64,000 bases of DNA from Hormiphora californensis (taxonomy: Eukaryota > Animalia > Ctenophora): assembly GCA_020137815.1 (NCBI GenBank), contig CM035359.1, forward strand, positions 2,852,001-2,916,000, in the 5' to 3' direction. The notes beneath the pieces are model-generated. The model was not told the DNA's origin. It ran no database searches and saw nothing but the letters and a program-made list of their open reading frames with translations. This document shows positions 12,706 through 25,021 of the stretch, one piece after another. Made by a program: the position numbers and the translations under genes. How positions within the stretch are numbered: position 1 is the stretch's first letter; every line of letters begins with the position of its first letter.

Positions 12706-13388
12706 TACCATGAGAATTGAGAAGTTTATTCTGCAAAGTCTTATTATATTGGTAGCGTCTCTTTTCGAATACTTCGCGACGGAAGGTTACATATTTGAAT
12801 AGCGTCTTTTTATTTGCATATTGTTTGTTTAGTCCAGTGTTTGATTTCCACTTCTTTAGCATATTTCGCTTCGTGTTCCACTATCACACAAGTATTTGCC
12901 TTGCTCGACCCTGTTTCACCACGCCCCACCCGGGAAACAGGGCCTCTTTTTACAAATATGAAGGACCAGGGTTATAACCTGTCAGCTGATTATGCCCCAT
13001 ACCAACTGAACTCGTGACTCCGTAAAATAATGATATATCCCATACAATATGGAATTCACATCTAACAAGTTTCCTTCACCCTAGAATTTTGTTATCTTTT
13101 TTGTCAATTCTCCTCTCATTATGTTATCTTATCAGCTGGCTTCGTTCCAGTTGAGCCATTAAGTCGACCCTACAACCTCGTGATGAAGTTGTATGATGTT
13201 ATCCCGTTTTGAGATTACGACCTTCCTCGGCCTCTCTCCCTCCCTCCGTTTCTATAGTATCTCTTTCGTCGTTATCCTCTTCAATATTTCTCTCACTATC
13301 TGTCTAGTGTCTAGTCCAAGATACTTCCGGGTTTCCTCATTGACGTTCTTCAGTTCATTCCTCTATCATGTGGCCACTTTCTTTCTCT

Positions 13389-13773
<385 letters not shown>

Positions 13774-13997
13774 AGACTCTCTCACACAATCTCAGTGCTG
13801 CCTTCCTCCCCTCCCTCACGCGTGATAACCTGTTTCCCCGTAACCAGCTCTGCTCACCTCGGGCCCCCGGTAATACCGGTTTGGCTGGTTGCGTCGCGGT
13901 TACATAAGGCCGCAACTTCACCATTTACCATTGCATCTTTTCATGTTTCGCCCACCCAGTTTATTTTCTCTCCGTCCTGATCCTTGAGTTGCGAATA

Positions 13998-15466
13998 ATG
14001 TCAAGACGTCTTCTTTCGTATACCTCCCGAGCACTCAAGTATACTGCAACTACCCGCTCCCTCTCGGCGCTCCCAGCATGCGGTGAGTAATATGCTTAAT
14101 GCGTTTATACATAATGCAGTTATATACAACATGGAAATTTTACTGAAGTCCAATTTACATACGGAGGTGTCGTGCATGGTATACCGTACATGTGGCAGAA
14201 AATTAATTTTTCCACTTTTTTCGCTTCAGCTTGTTCCAGCGGTCCACCGGTCCAGAGCTCTCCGCATTTCTACAGATCGCAGTACTGGAAGTGATGCTCC
14301 TTCATAAACACACCCTTCTCCCACCCCGTAGGTCACACCCCGGCACCCTATACCGGGCCATCTAAGGAGGAAGTCCTCAGTGTCAGAAAGGGCCATGTAA
14401 ACCCCGCAGTTCACCGACAAACGTTCTTCAGGGACCCACCACTATTCGTCGAAGGTAAGATAAATTCAATTCCTGCTCAGATCTCAATATTCAGAGTAAA
14501 ATATATGGTTTTATTTTTGTTCGTCACTTGCAAACTGGCATTGAGAAAATACTCCAGGTTCTAAAATGTAATAAAATCGCAGGAAAGGGCCAGTACTTGT
14601 TCGACGAACAAGGTGAGAGGTACCTGGATCTTATTGGCGGTATCTGCACCATCTCCGCCGGTCACAACCACGACAAGGTATAATTAATCTGATCTGAAGT
14701 TATCTCCAGGCTCCGATCCCTAAATTGTTGTTTGGCCCGGGCCAAACACCAATTTACGGATCGGCCCTTGTGAAGGTCGAGCTTTTTTACACCTGTGGCT
14801 AACCTTTAAATCTGGATGATCATCACATTTTAACCTCTGATAATCATCTCAGATTAATGGCAAGATTGCCGCCCAGCTGGGTACCCTGACACACACAGCC
14901 AACATCCTGCTACACCCCAACCTGTCCAAATACACCAAGGCCATGGCCAAGAAACTGCCCAAGGAGCTGAGCGTCATTTACTTCTGTAACAGGTGGGTGT
15001 GTTTTGTCCCAGTCATAATTCTGAACTAGTGACAATTGTTGGACGTTGGTGACAAAGGTTCCTCATAGACATTATAAAGCCTCGCTAGACCGACTCACCA
15101 GGAGTAAAATAAAACAACAGTCAACACGGCTGTTGATTATATTTTTGCTAACTCGTTATTCTTATCATAGTGGAAGTGAAGCGAATGATTTGGCAATGCT
15201 TATGGCTCGAGCATACACCGGAAATCTGAACATTGTTGGTAAGTTAACTTTGAGTTCTTGTTTTAAGTAGCCAGTCTTGTTCATTCATTCATTATTGTTG
15301 CACAGCACATATTGCTAGCCATATAAAAACCGGTTTTCACTGCACATGGTTACCCAGTTTAGATAGTGTCTTACTGCATATTGAGACACCGTCTTGTTTT
15401 CTTTAACTCATTGCAACTCATATTTTATCTCTCCCTCTCACCCCTCATACATAACCACGTTAGTCG

Positions 15467-15541
<75 letters not shown>

Positions 15542-18500
15542 CCCTCATACATATATGATAGCCATGCCACTTCTTCCCCAAGCTGTTTATTTAACCACCT
15601 TTCCTGGCCGATTTCCAGACGAGTAAAAACCGGTTTGAAAAAGACAACACTTCCCCCTTTACCTGTACTTGACTTTCTACAAATGTCGAACACCCTGAAA
15701 ATGATACTTTGTCATGCAGCAGTCGACGCTCCCCTTGAAAGTTGAAACCATCACGTGTGGACCTCAACATCTCCACTCCCCCCTCAAATCCACAGCTTAC
15801 CCCTCTCTCATACATATCCATTGGTGACACAGTCACCCCTCCACTACCAGCCACACAAGGGCGGCAAACGGAGGGGATGGCATCACCAATCATATCCATA
15901 GCTTCCCTGTTCTCATCCCACCCTCTCTCTTGTCAGGACTAAGAAGGGCTTACCACGGTGCGTCAGCATCCAACATCTCCCTCACTACACTACCTCTGTA
16001 CCGAGCTCGAACTATGCCAACAACCAACATCTCCCATACAATGAATGCTGACCCCTTCCGAGGTCTGTGGGGCGGCAGCAAATGCAGGGATGGCCCTTGT
16101 CAGGTGAGCTTGAGCAGAGTAAAGTTAGAGTATGAGATGTTGAAAATCAGATTTATAAATGATAAATCAGCAATTAAGATTGGATTTTATAGGCTTGAAA
16201 AATGAAAATCTACCTCATTCCTCCCTTTTTGCACACACCCTCATTATAACTCCCATTAATCTGCAGACACTGCGAAGCTGTGACTGTGTAGGGGATGAGT
16301 GTAATGCTGCGACTAACTACGCCGAACAGTACCGGGATCACGTGAGAACCATCTGTCCCCCTGGTGCTGGTCTGGCTGCCTTTATTGGAGAAGGTATCGG
16401 TGGGATGGGAGCCGCCCTTCAACAAACCAAGGGATTCTACAATAAGGTAAAGTGTGGTTACTATTAGAGTAACACGACTCAGACAGCTATTATAACAAGT
16501 GTGGGAATATATCATAGAGTAGAATTATAATGAAATGAAACAGGAAAAGGGCCGAATTATTATCTTATCGATGTAATATCTTTCCAGGTTTATGACATCA
16601 CAAAAGAGTATGGTGGTGTGAACATTATGGATGAAGTTCAGACCGGATTTGGAAGGCTCGGTTCCCATTATTGGGGTTTCGAGTATCACGGCGTTATGCC
16701 TGATATTATCACTGCCGCAAAAAGTAAGTTCTTTATTCTCGAATCAATTACCAAATTGAATACGAGAATACGGGACGGTAAACCAGCCCTCCAACCTGCA
16801 GGTATCGGTAACGGTTTCCCGCTTGCCATGTGTGCCACAAGTCCTGAGATTGCGGAGGCCTTCGCTAATAGCTCCCTTCACTTCAACACCTTCGGTGGAA
16901 ATGCTCTACAATGCGCTGCTGGCCTAGCCACCTTAGAGGTAGGTGCAATATGGTTCATCATCTGTTATTCGGTTGAAGTCCATTTAATAGTTTTTATGGT
17001 TTAAAAGTCGTGCATGGTCTGGTTAGATAGTATTTTTCCTCATGCTTTGTATTCTGAAACCACTGTTAGGTGCAGACTGGTGAAATCTCATTTTCGGCCC
17101 GTCAGATAACCGTTAATTTCTTGGCAATTTTCCAACCCCCCCCCCAAATATATGGCACTCTCCCAACCATTGTCATATGATATTATTATATCATGTACCG
17201 ACGACGGTGGTGAGCATGTGTCTTTTTCTGAGAACTGAAAATGGGAAAGATAAACAGAGACGCATAATTCGATTCAACGTAGGAGACGCATATATTTTCC
17301 CGCTTTTCTCTCTCTCCCGCTTTTCTTTAAAACCGGTTTTACAAACTTGCCTGCGGTGTTGATTACATAGCCTCTTGTCTCGCCCGTAATTCTAAAATTG
17401 AATCAGATATTACATAATATGCATATCGCATCGTATAAATTTATGCAGCGTGCAGTTTAATTTTTTTGCTAGAATATTCTGAATTATAGATCTTGCAACG
17501 TGGATCTATAGCTTTATTCAACCTGAGTTAGATATATCACTAGACTGGATATCTCTCCAGATTTTATGATCACTGATCAAGTTGATGTTTATCTAATACG
17601 CTGGTAACACATATAAGTATGAGAGAGTTCACCATATGATATACATCATCCATTGCAGGCTATTGAGGAGGATGGACTCCAAGAAAACTGTGCATTGGTA
17701 GGAACTCATTTCCTGGAGGGATTCAACAAACTTCGAACCAAACACGAGATTGTCGGGGATTGCAGGTAATTTTTCCCTGCCCGGGTGAATGCCGAAGGCA
17801 TTCACCCGGATGCCTTTTTACTTTGTAAAAAGGCATAGCAGGGTTAGAATTCGAAAACGACATTTTGGTATACTAACTAATCGGTAGAGGGACATTTTTT
17901 GGTCACACTTTCGTTGCGAGGGGCAACGGTGTAGCAACTAGAGCCGCGCACACAGTGACGAGCTGCTCCTTTATCAAACACCTCATTGACACAGTTTGAT
18001 GGACGTGTGTGCGCGCGCCACTCAACAAAACATGACATGCGATGCCGCGTGTTACATACACATTGTCATCTTGCGAGTCGAGTGTGAAAGGTTAGATAAG
18101 TAGTTAAGTTGGAATGTCAAAAGCTAGTTAGCAAGTGTCATGTGAGTTAGCTAAGCTATGTGAGAAGTATACCGACAGCTAGATCGTATGCTTCTCACAT
18201 TACATTATGACCAAGCCTTGATCCTATTGGTAGTGACAATGTCAATGTCACTGTCAGTGTCACTGACATGTGAAACGGTAGGGCAGGGAAACTCAGCATT
18301 ATGAATACATAATGCAATAATTCTTGTTACTTAAATTGAGCGATCTAGGTCTTGTAATCTTATACGACGTACTAAGTACGTGTGTCTCCTGTCTATAGAT
18401 AGACCTATAATAATATGGATCGCCGCTTTTCTTCCCTATTTATAAACAATTTCCATAATTTCAGAGGTAAAGGATTGTTCATGGCGATGGAACTTGTGAC

Positions 18501-18977
18501 TGATAAAGCAAGTAACAATCCCCTCCCCGTTTATCACATTATGGCATTGTTGGAGGCACTCAAGGTATATACTTCTTCATAAAGTACATAAATATTTCTT
18601 ATTGCGGTACTCCTTTATCAATATTTACAATGCTCCTTCATAAAACTATCTTTCCACAGGACCGCAGATGCATCTTCGGACGTGGTGGTCTATTTGGTAA
18701 CTGTCTACGTATTCAGCCGCCTATGTGTGTTACCCTAGAAGATGCAGATTACACACTCGCTGCTTTGGATGCGGTAAGAAATACATTTTATCCTAGAACA
18801 TTTTCTGTCAGTCTGTCTCCGTAAAATGCTAACGATGTTATCTAATTTGTCACTGGTATCTTCAAACTGATACACTGTTTGTCTTCCTGTTCTTTATCAC
18901 TATTCATTCTTTTCCAGGTCCTTACTGAATACACAGAGGGGAAACTCGATGTAGAGTCGTTCAACCCCAACAAATAA
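13998..18977 (+). CDS. AGXT2: Alanine-glyoxylate aminotransferase 2-like class III PLP aminotransferase, ~503 aa, with predicted mitochondrial presequence
   Basis: 13 in-phase GT-AG exons: 13998-14082, 14332-14454, 14583-14677, 14853-14992, 15171-15238, 15937-16103, 16267-16446, 16588-16723, 16802-16938, 17659-17765, 18465-18564, 18660-18773, 18918-18977. Motifs: [39 protein letters not shown] (PLP lysine), [16 protein letters not shown]. It has the Cys-rich [14 protein letters not shown] insert typical of animal AGXT2. N-terminus [23 protein letters not shown] is Arg/Ser/Leu-rich with no acidic residues. Confidence 0.92.
17770..18328 (+). mobile_element. Helentron/DINE-1-like (HINE) non-autonomous element in AGXT2 intron 10
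   Basis: Sub-terminal inverted repeats TTTTCCCTGCCC ... GGGCAGGGAAAA, a 5' hairpin CCGGGTGAATGCCGAAGGCATTCACCCGG, and a 3' stem-loop GCATTATG-AATA-CATAATGC. Related copies at ~43040-43261 and 57484-58120. Confidence 0.6.
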
Positions 18978-19287
18978 TTATTGACTCATAGTGAGTCACA
19001 CAGAAATGCAAGACCCTTCTAGAACTTATCAAAACAGGAACAATTGATTATTATTATTATGTTGCACCGTTGTTAAGTGTTTTGTGTTTTTATCCGACCA
19101 TCCCTGATGTTGAATTATATTATTTACCATGGATCCATTTTTAGAAAAGTTACAGTGTTTTTATTAGAATTTAGGTCCCCACCTCCCCGTAAACGCAATT
19201 CAAATACCCGTCCCATAAACTCCCTATCCGTATCCTTTAATTAACCAATGTTTAACCTGATCTCCTAATAGTTAGCAAATAAGAAAT

Positions 19288-22200
19288 ATGGCAGGAAGAT
19301 CGATCATTGGTCGAGCACTAAATACGAGCAGGCCCTCCCTCGGTGCAGCACCCGCTGTGGCAGTCAGTCCTGCTACACAGGAACAAACAGTGAGTGAACT
19401 GTTGGAGTGTTGAAAACATGCCAATTTGTTGATTAGCTTTTGATTTTCACCCTTTCAATTTACATTACCCCCCCCCCCTGTAGTTTGAACAGAGATCAGA
19501 ACCAAGACATTACAGTGAGCCGGTGAGGATGACTGCTAGTGAGGCCCTAGTTGAGACCATGGCCAGACAGGGTGTGGAGAAGTGTTATGGGATTGTGGGG
19601 AGTGCCTTCATGGACGCCCTGGACATCTTCCCCGAGGCAGGCATCCGATTTGTTGCTGGTATGTTAGTTTTTGGGGTTCGGGAATACCTCTCCTTCATGT
19701 TTCTTTATTTTAGAACCCAATTATATCCATATGATATTACTCAGATAGTTTCAATGACCTCCTTCCTTACCCCGTAATCTCCCAACAGTGCAACACGAGC
19801 AGAATGCAGCACACATGGCTGACGGGTATTCAAGGATCAGTGGGAAACATGGTGTTTGTACCGCCCAGAATGGACCAGGTACATAGCAATCACAAAGTTA
19901 ACGTTGGGCATAAAAAATGTCCCCCCTAGACTAGCATAGTTCCAGATATCGTAGAGCTCTAAAATTTTACACAGTTACTCTATGGGGCAAATAAATAGGT
20001 TCCACAAAATTTCAGACTTTTAGCTCAAAGTTCATTTTTTTTATCGGAATGAACATTATCATTCATTCCAAAAAACATGATTTTTCGGTCCAGAAGTCAA
20101 GCAATTGTTTTTGGCTGTCAATTTTCTTTCAAATGCGACCAAGAAAAGCCCAAACGGACAACCACAAGGCAAACAGTGGTCATGTTTCTGACTGTTAGTC
20201 AGGTCATGTGATCCCCACCGAATCGTGTAAGTTATTCTGAATTGCTAATCAGGATTAGTTGTGGAGAATCACGTATCACAGCCGCTAATGAGGGATGACG
20301 ATGATGATTGGCCATGAGATCCGAAGCTCATTAACAAGTCACCTCTTTACCCAAGTGCTCCCGAATCACATATCGCTTCTTCGATACACATCCCTCATTA
20401 GCGACTGTGATACGTGATTCTTCCCTACTAAGCCTGATTAGCAATTCACGATTCGGTGGGGATCACATGACCTGACTAACAGTCAGAAACATGACCACTG
20501 TGTGCCTTGTGGTTGTCCGTTTGGGCTTTTCTTGGTCGCATTTGAAAGAAAATTGAGAGCCAAAGACAATTGCTTGACTTCTGGACCGAAAAATCATGTT
20601 TTTTGCAATGAATGATAATGTTCATTCCGATAAAAAAAATGAACTTTGAGCTAAAAGTCTGAAATTTTGTGGAACCTATTTATTTGCCCCATAGAGTAAC
20701 TGTGTAAAATTTTAGAGCTCTACGATATCTGGAACTATGCTAGTCTAGGGGGGACATTTTTTATGCCCAACACGTTATGATCATAACACGTGCATTGTAC
20801 TCCATTGCATGGATATTCTCACCAATTCCATATCACAAAGCAGATCCAATCCAAGCTTCTCACAGACAATGTCTTTTTACAGGTATCAGTAATTTTGTGA
20901 CCGGCATTGCAGCGGCTTACTGGGCCCACTCCCCTGTTATCGCCCTGACCCCAGAGGCTAGCACTATGACCAAGGGACATGGCGGCTTCCAAGAGGTCGA
21001 TCAACTACCACTTTTCGAGGTGAGCTGAAATAATTAGGTTTAATTAATTCAATTTGAATTTGGATTATAATTAGAGAGAAGAAGAATAGAAAGTATGTTG
21101 TATGATCAGTTTGAGTTGCTTCTACCATATTTACAGGTTTTTATCCCCTCCTGATCCTCCCCTGTTTTCACTTTTCAGCCCATTACGAAGTACCAAGGAC
21201 ATGTGAATAACCCCGCCCGAATGGCTGAGATTACAAACAGGGCATTTGACATTGCCATGGCCGAGCGAGGCCCAACACAAATCAACTTTCCTCGGGACTA
21301 CCTCTATTATGAAGGTAAATATTGGGGGAACAAGAAAGAGTTAAAGAAACTGAAAAAATGAACCCTCATTTCCAAATGTTCGCTCCAATAATCCTATAAT
21401 CATGATACTTAAGTTTATGACACATGTGCTTCCTACGATACAGGTGACTACCAGATCCCCAAGCCCACAATCCCTGAGAAGGGTGCCGGTGGCCCCAAAT
21501 CAATCCTGGCTGCCGTTGAACTGATCAGAAGTGCAAAGAATCCAGTTATTCTTGGTAAGTCCTAAGAGATAATGGTAGGTACTTTATTGTGATCAATTCT
21601 ATAGTTGGCAAAAACGAACAGTATTTACAACCAAGTCGAGGGTGTTGAGTAGCAATTGTTGAGATCAAATCACATGCGAAACTTTATTAAGTTGTAAACC
21701 TAGTAACCTCTGTAACTCTAGTTTAACCTTTCTTCTTCCCCCTCTCTAGCTGGTGGCGGTGTTACGATGGCGGGAGCTGAGGCCCAAGTTGCCCAGCTGG
21801 CATCCCTCCTATCAGCCCCTGTTGCAGTCACCTACCTTCACAATGATGCCTTCCCCGCTGATCACCCCCTGTATGCTGGAAGTCTGGGTTATCAGGGATC
21901 TCAAACTGCCATGCATTCCATCAGGTACTGCTGGAGATAAAGTCTCGATTCAAATATCTCGTGGTGAATCGGGCACTTGAATTGCCATATATTGAAAACA
22001 TGATGGTTTTTATATTTTCCAGAGAGGCAGACGTTGTGATTGCCCTTGGTACCCGCCTGTCACCCTTCGGCACTCTTCCTCAGTATGGAGAGGAATACTG
22101 GCCCAAAAATGCCAAAATCATTCAGGTTAGTAGCCGAACTATTCGAATCAGGACTCATGATAGGAAGCTTTCATCATTGATTGTTTGTGTCAATCTAAAC

Positions 22201-25021
22201 AAATCGTTTGCTGATAATATCAGTGATATACCATCCCAGCTAATTCTTCTATGATACCATCCCATAATAGTTGATTCCTAACATACTTTACCATATTACA
22301 GGTAGAGGTTGATCCTCGCCGAATTGGCCTTACCAAAAATGTCGATGTTGGCATTTGTGGAGATGTGAAACTCGCTACCGAGGAACTCACCACCCAACTG
22401 AAGGATGGTGGTTTTGCATGTATGGAAACCGTGGGAGAGCGACTTGAAACCCTTTCCAAGGTGAGATACAAGTGGGCCAGGGATGTTGATGTGCGGTTAT
22501 CCGTTGTGTGCAGCATAACGATTTATTACAATTGTATCTCATGCTGCTATAACTCATGCCCTCATCTTGTCAGTTTGTTGAATTTGCTAGTTTTGTGTTG
22601 GCGTTATACACAGACCTGATCCTATACCTTAAATCTATCTACTACCTCCCTAACTTCTTCTATACCTCCCATCTAACTTCTTCCCAATCTCCTTTTTCAT
22701 TTCTTTTCTTTTTCTGTCAATTTTTACTGTTTCCGAAGTCTATCTAATCCAAAATCCCTTTCTAGAATTATACTTTCTAATTTCTGCTGTTCTCCCATTC
22801 TTTTTCCATCCACTCCCTCAATTATCCTCTGATCTATTGTTTTAAATCTTCTTCCCTCCCTCCCAATATCTTTCATCATACCTCTGAACTCTCGTCTCTC
22901 TTCCTTCTATCATTCGAACTCCTTCCTTGCCCCACTCCGCTCCAGTATTCTAATCTCTAAGATTAAAATATTTTCGGATTTTCCTATCCAACCTTTTTAT
23001 ACTTTCCTTTTCTTCTTGAAACCCATATTTTTTTTCAAAAAGATAAACCCTACTCAACTGCTACCACCGTCAAAGAAACACGGTTTCAAAACCTGTTCTA
23101 CTATCTCCAAAAGCCAAAGATCAAAACTCCCCCCATTCAAACGGGGCCTGGAATTTCTCGGAACCGATAAAACCCACGGATTCAAAGATTTTCATCCTCT
23201 CTCTTTCTTTCCATCCTCTCTCTGTGTTTTTCGCCGACACACTCCTCTCTCATCCTCTCTGTTCGTTATCTCTCTCTCTCTCCCATATCGCACGGTGTTG
23301 TCTACCTTTATATGCTACAGGTGTTAGGTGTTCCAGATGGTCGGGCGGTGTCAACAACCAGTATCCTGAGTAGCCGGTCCTGAGCCCGTATTCTACGGTA
23401 TTTATTCCCGATGGTATCTACTTAATTAAAAGCTTTAATAATATCAAGCTTTTTACAAAATCTTTGAATAAATTTCACCCATGTACACAAGATATACTCA
23501 TTCACGAGCCCCTGGGAGAAGCTGCGGGAAGGAGGGGGAACTAGCTCGTCCAAAACAGAAACAATCTCTCTCTCTAACAGTGCTCCTAAGAAGGGGATTT
23601 GTGGGGGATGGCAATACCGGGTTGGTTCACTGGTGGTGGTGTAGTTACACCTCTTTGCTCACGTACTCCGTTTCAGAGACGAATCACGTGGACTTCAAAC
23701 CTGGATGCCATGACAAATGCCCATGTCGGCAGCTCCACCCCAGATCGGGTGAGGCCGAGACAGGCCCTCAGGGAGCTGGAGCTTGCCATGGAGAGGGATA
23801 GCATTGTCAGCACTGATATTGGAAATATCTGTAGCGTTGCCAATAGTTACCTCAAATTCAGGTAAGCATTTCCATTTTTTCAGATCTAGATTTGTTTATC
23901 CCCTCTTAGCATATAACCGCGACCGATTGACCATCATCATTTGCTGCATCATTCCGCCCTCTCCAATCTTCTAACACTAACCCTGACTATTCTTCCAGCC
24001 ACGTCGGTCCCAGTATGTTGGCAGCGATGACCTTTGGTAACTGCGGTTACTCTCTACCTGCTGTAATGGGAGCCAAAACAGCAGCGCCCCACCGAAACTG
24101 TGTCAGCTACTCTGGAGATGGTGCATGGGGCATGCAGCTCAATGAGGTATGTATAATAGTTCTTACTATGCGGGGAGGGAGTAGTACTTTTCTCAATGAG
24201 GTTCTTATCATATTTGACTGGGGCCGGGGTAAGAAGGGGGTGCATCATATCGTATCTCATATCCTTCCTCCACTGAATAAGCTCACCCCGTCCCCTCCCT
24301 CCCCCTCAGATCATGACGTGTATCCGTGAAGAGATCCCTGTGACAGCTGTTGTCTTCAACAATGGACAGTGGGGAGCCGAGAAGAAAAATCAGGTACAAT
24401 AATTTCATACGGCTGTCAGACCATGGTGTGTCAGCTCTCGTGCACTTTTAGAACTCGGGATCCATGCGTTGTGGTACAGCTCGTGCTATAAGTAACGATG
24501 TGGAAGAATGGGGCCGTGGTGTAATTAATAATTACTAATAATAATTACTAATTATCCATCCCTTCACGTGCAGGTGCTCTGGTTTGGTGATCGTTACATC
24601 GGGTCCCAGCTGAAGAACCCCTGGAGCTATGCAGAGATTGCCCGATCAATGGCTGCTGAAGGAATCACCTGCACCCACGTAGATCAGGTATAGATACACC
24701 AGTGATCTGGGTTGTCACCATGGCAACTTAGTCACCATGGCAACCCGGAACCCCCCCATGGCAATTTAGAATTGGATCTCGCTCACATAATATGTCCATG
24801 TCACCGATCTCCTCTCCCCTCACTAGGTTGGCGATGCTCTCCGAACTGCCAGTCAGAACCAGAGGGATGGAAAAACCACCGTTATTGAGATCATGGTTAC
24901 CAAAGAACTGGGGGACCCCTTCAGACGGGACGCCATGAAGCTACCTTTCCGACATTTGGAGAAATTCCATAGCACCATTCAGACCTCAGAGAGCGAGTCG
25001 GGCCAGCCCACAGACTTGTGA
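19288..25021 (+). CDS. xsc: Sulfoacetaldehyde acetyltransferase (ThDP-dependent desulfonase, EC 2.3.3.15), ~637 aa, with presequence-like N-terminal extension
   Basis: 14 in-phase GT-AG exons: 19288-19389, 19484-19658, 19789-19878, 20883-21019, 21179-21314, 21444-21554, 21750-21924, 22023-22125, 22302-22460, 23677-23861, 23999-24146, 24310-24393, 24574-24687, 24827-25021. Xsc-type strings: [104 protein letters not shown]...[22 protein letters not shown]. Confidence 0.9.
19903..20771. mobile_element. ~870-bp palindromic (foldback) insertion in xsc intron 3
   Basis: Arms ~19903-20296 and ~20392-20771 are near-perfect reverse complements (GTTGGGCATAAAAAATGTCCCCCCTAGAC... / ...GTCTAGGGGGGACATTTTTTATGCCCAAC). 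TSD not clearly resolved. Confidence 0.8.

Noticed and set aside
16724-16801. 78-nt stop-free in-frame intron right after the AGXT2 catalytic Lys, as a coding insertion
   Set aside because: It has canonical GTAAGT...CTGCAG ends, and splicing restores the conserved AKxIGNGFP motif. Retention would disrupt the active site.
24714-24766. X-box-like GTCACCATGGCAAC repeats in an xsc intron (similar motifs at ~36131 and ~57649)
   Set aside because: They lie in introns or repeats and the motif recurs in local repeats, so there is no support for a regulatory role. This also lowers confidence in the 5030 site.
19288-25021. xsc as bacterial contamination, or as acetolactate synthase / HACL1
   Set aside because: It has 13 spliceosomal introns, a host transposon inside and animal neighbours. 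The motifs [23 protein letters not shown] and [10 protein letters not shown] fit Xsc rather than ALS or HACL1 (from memory, not searched).
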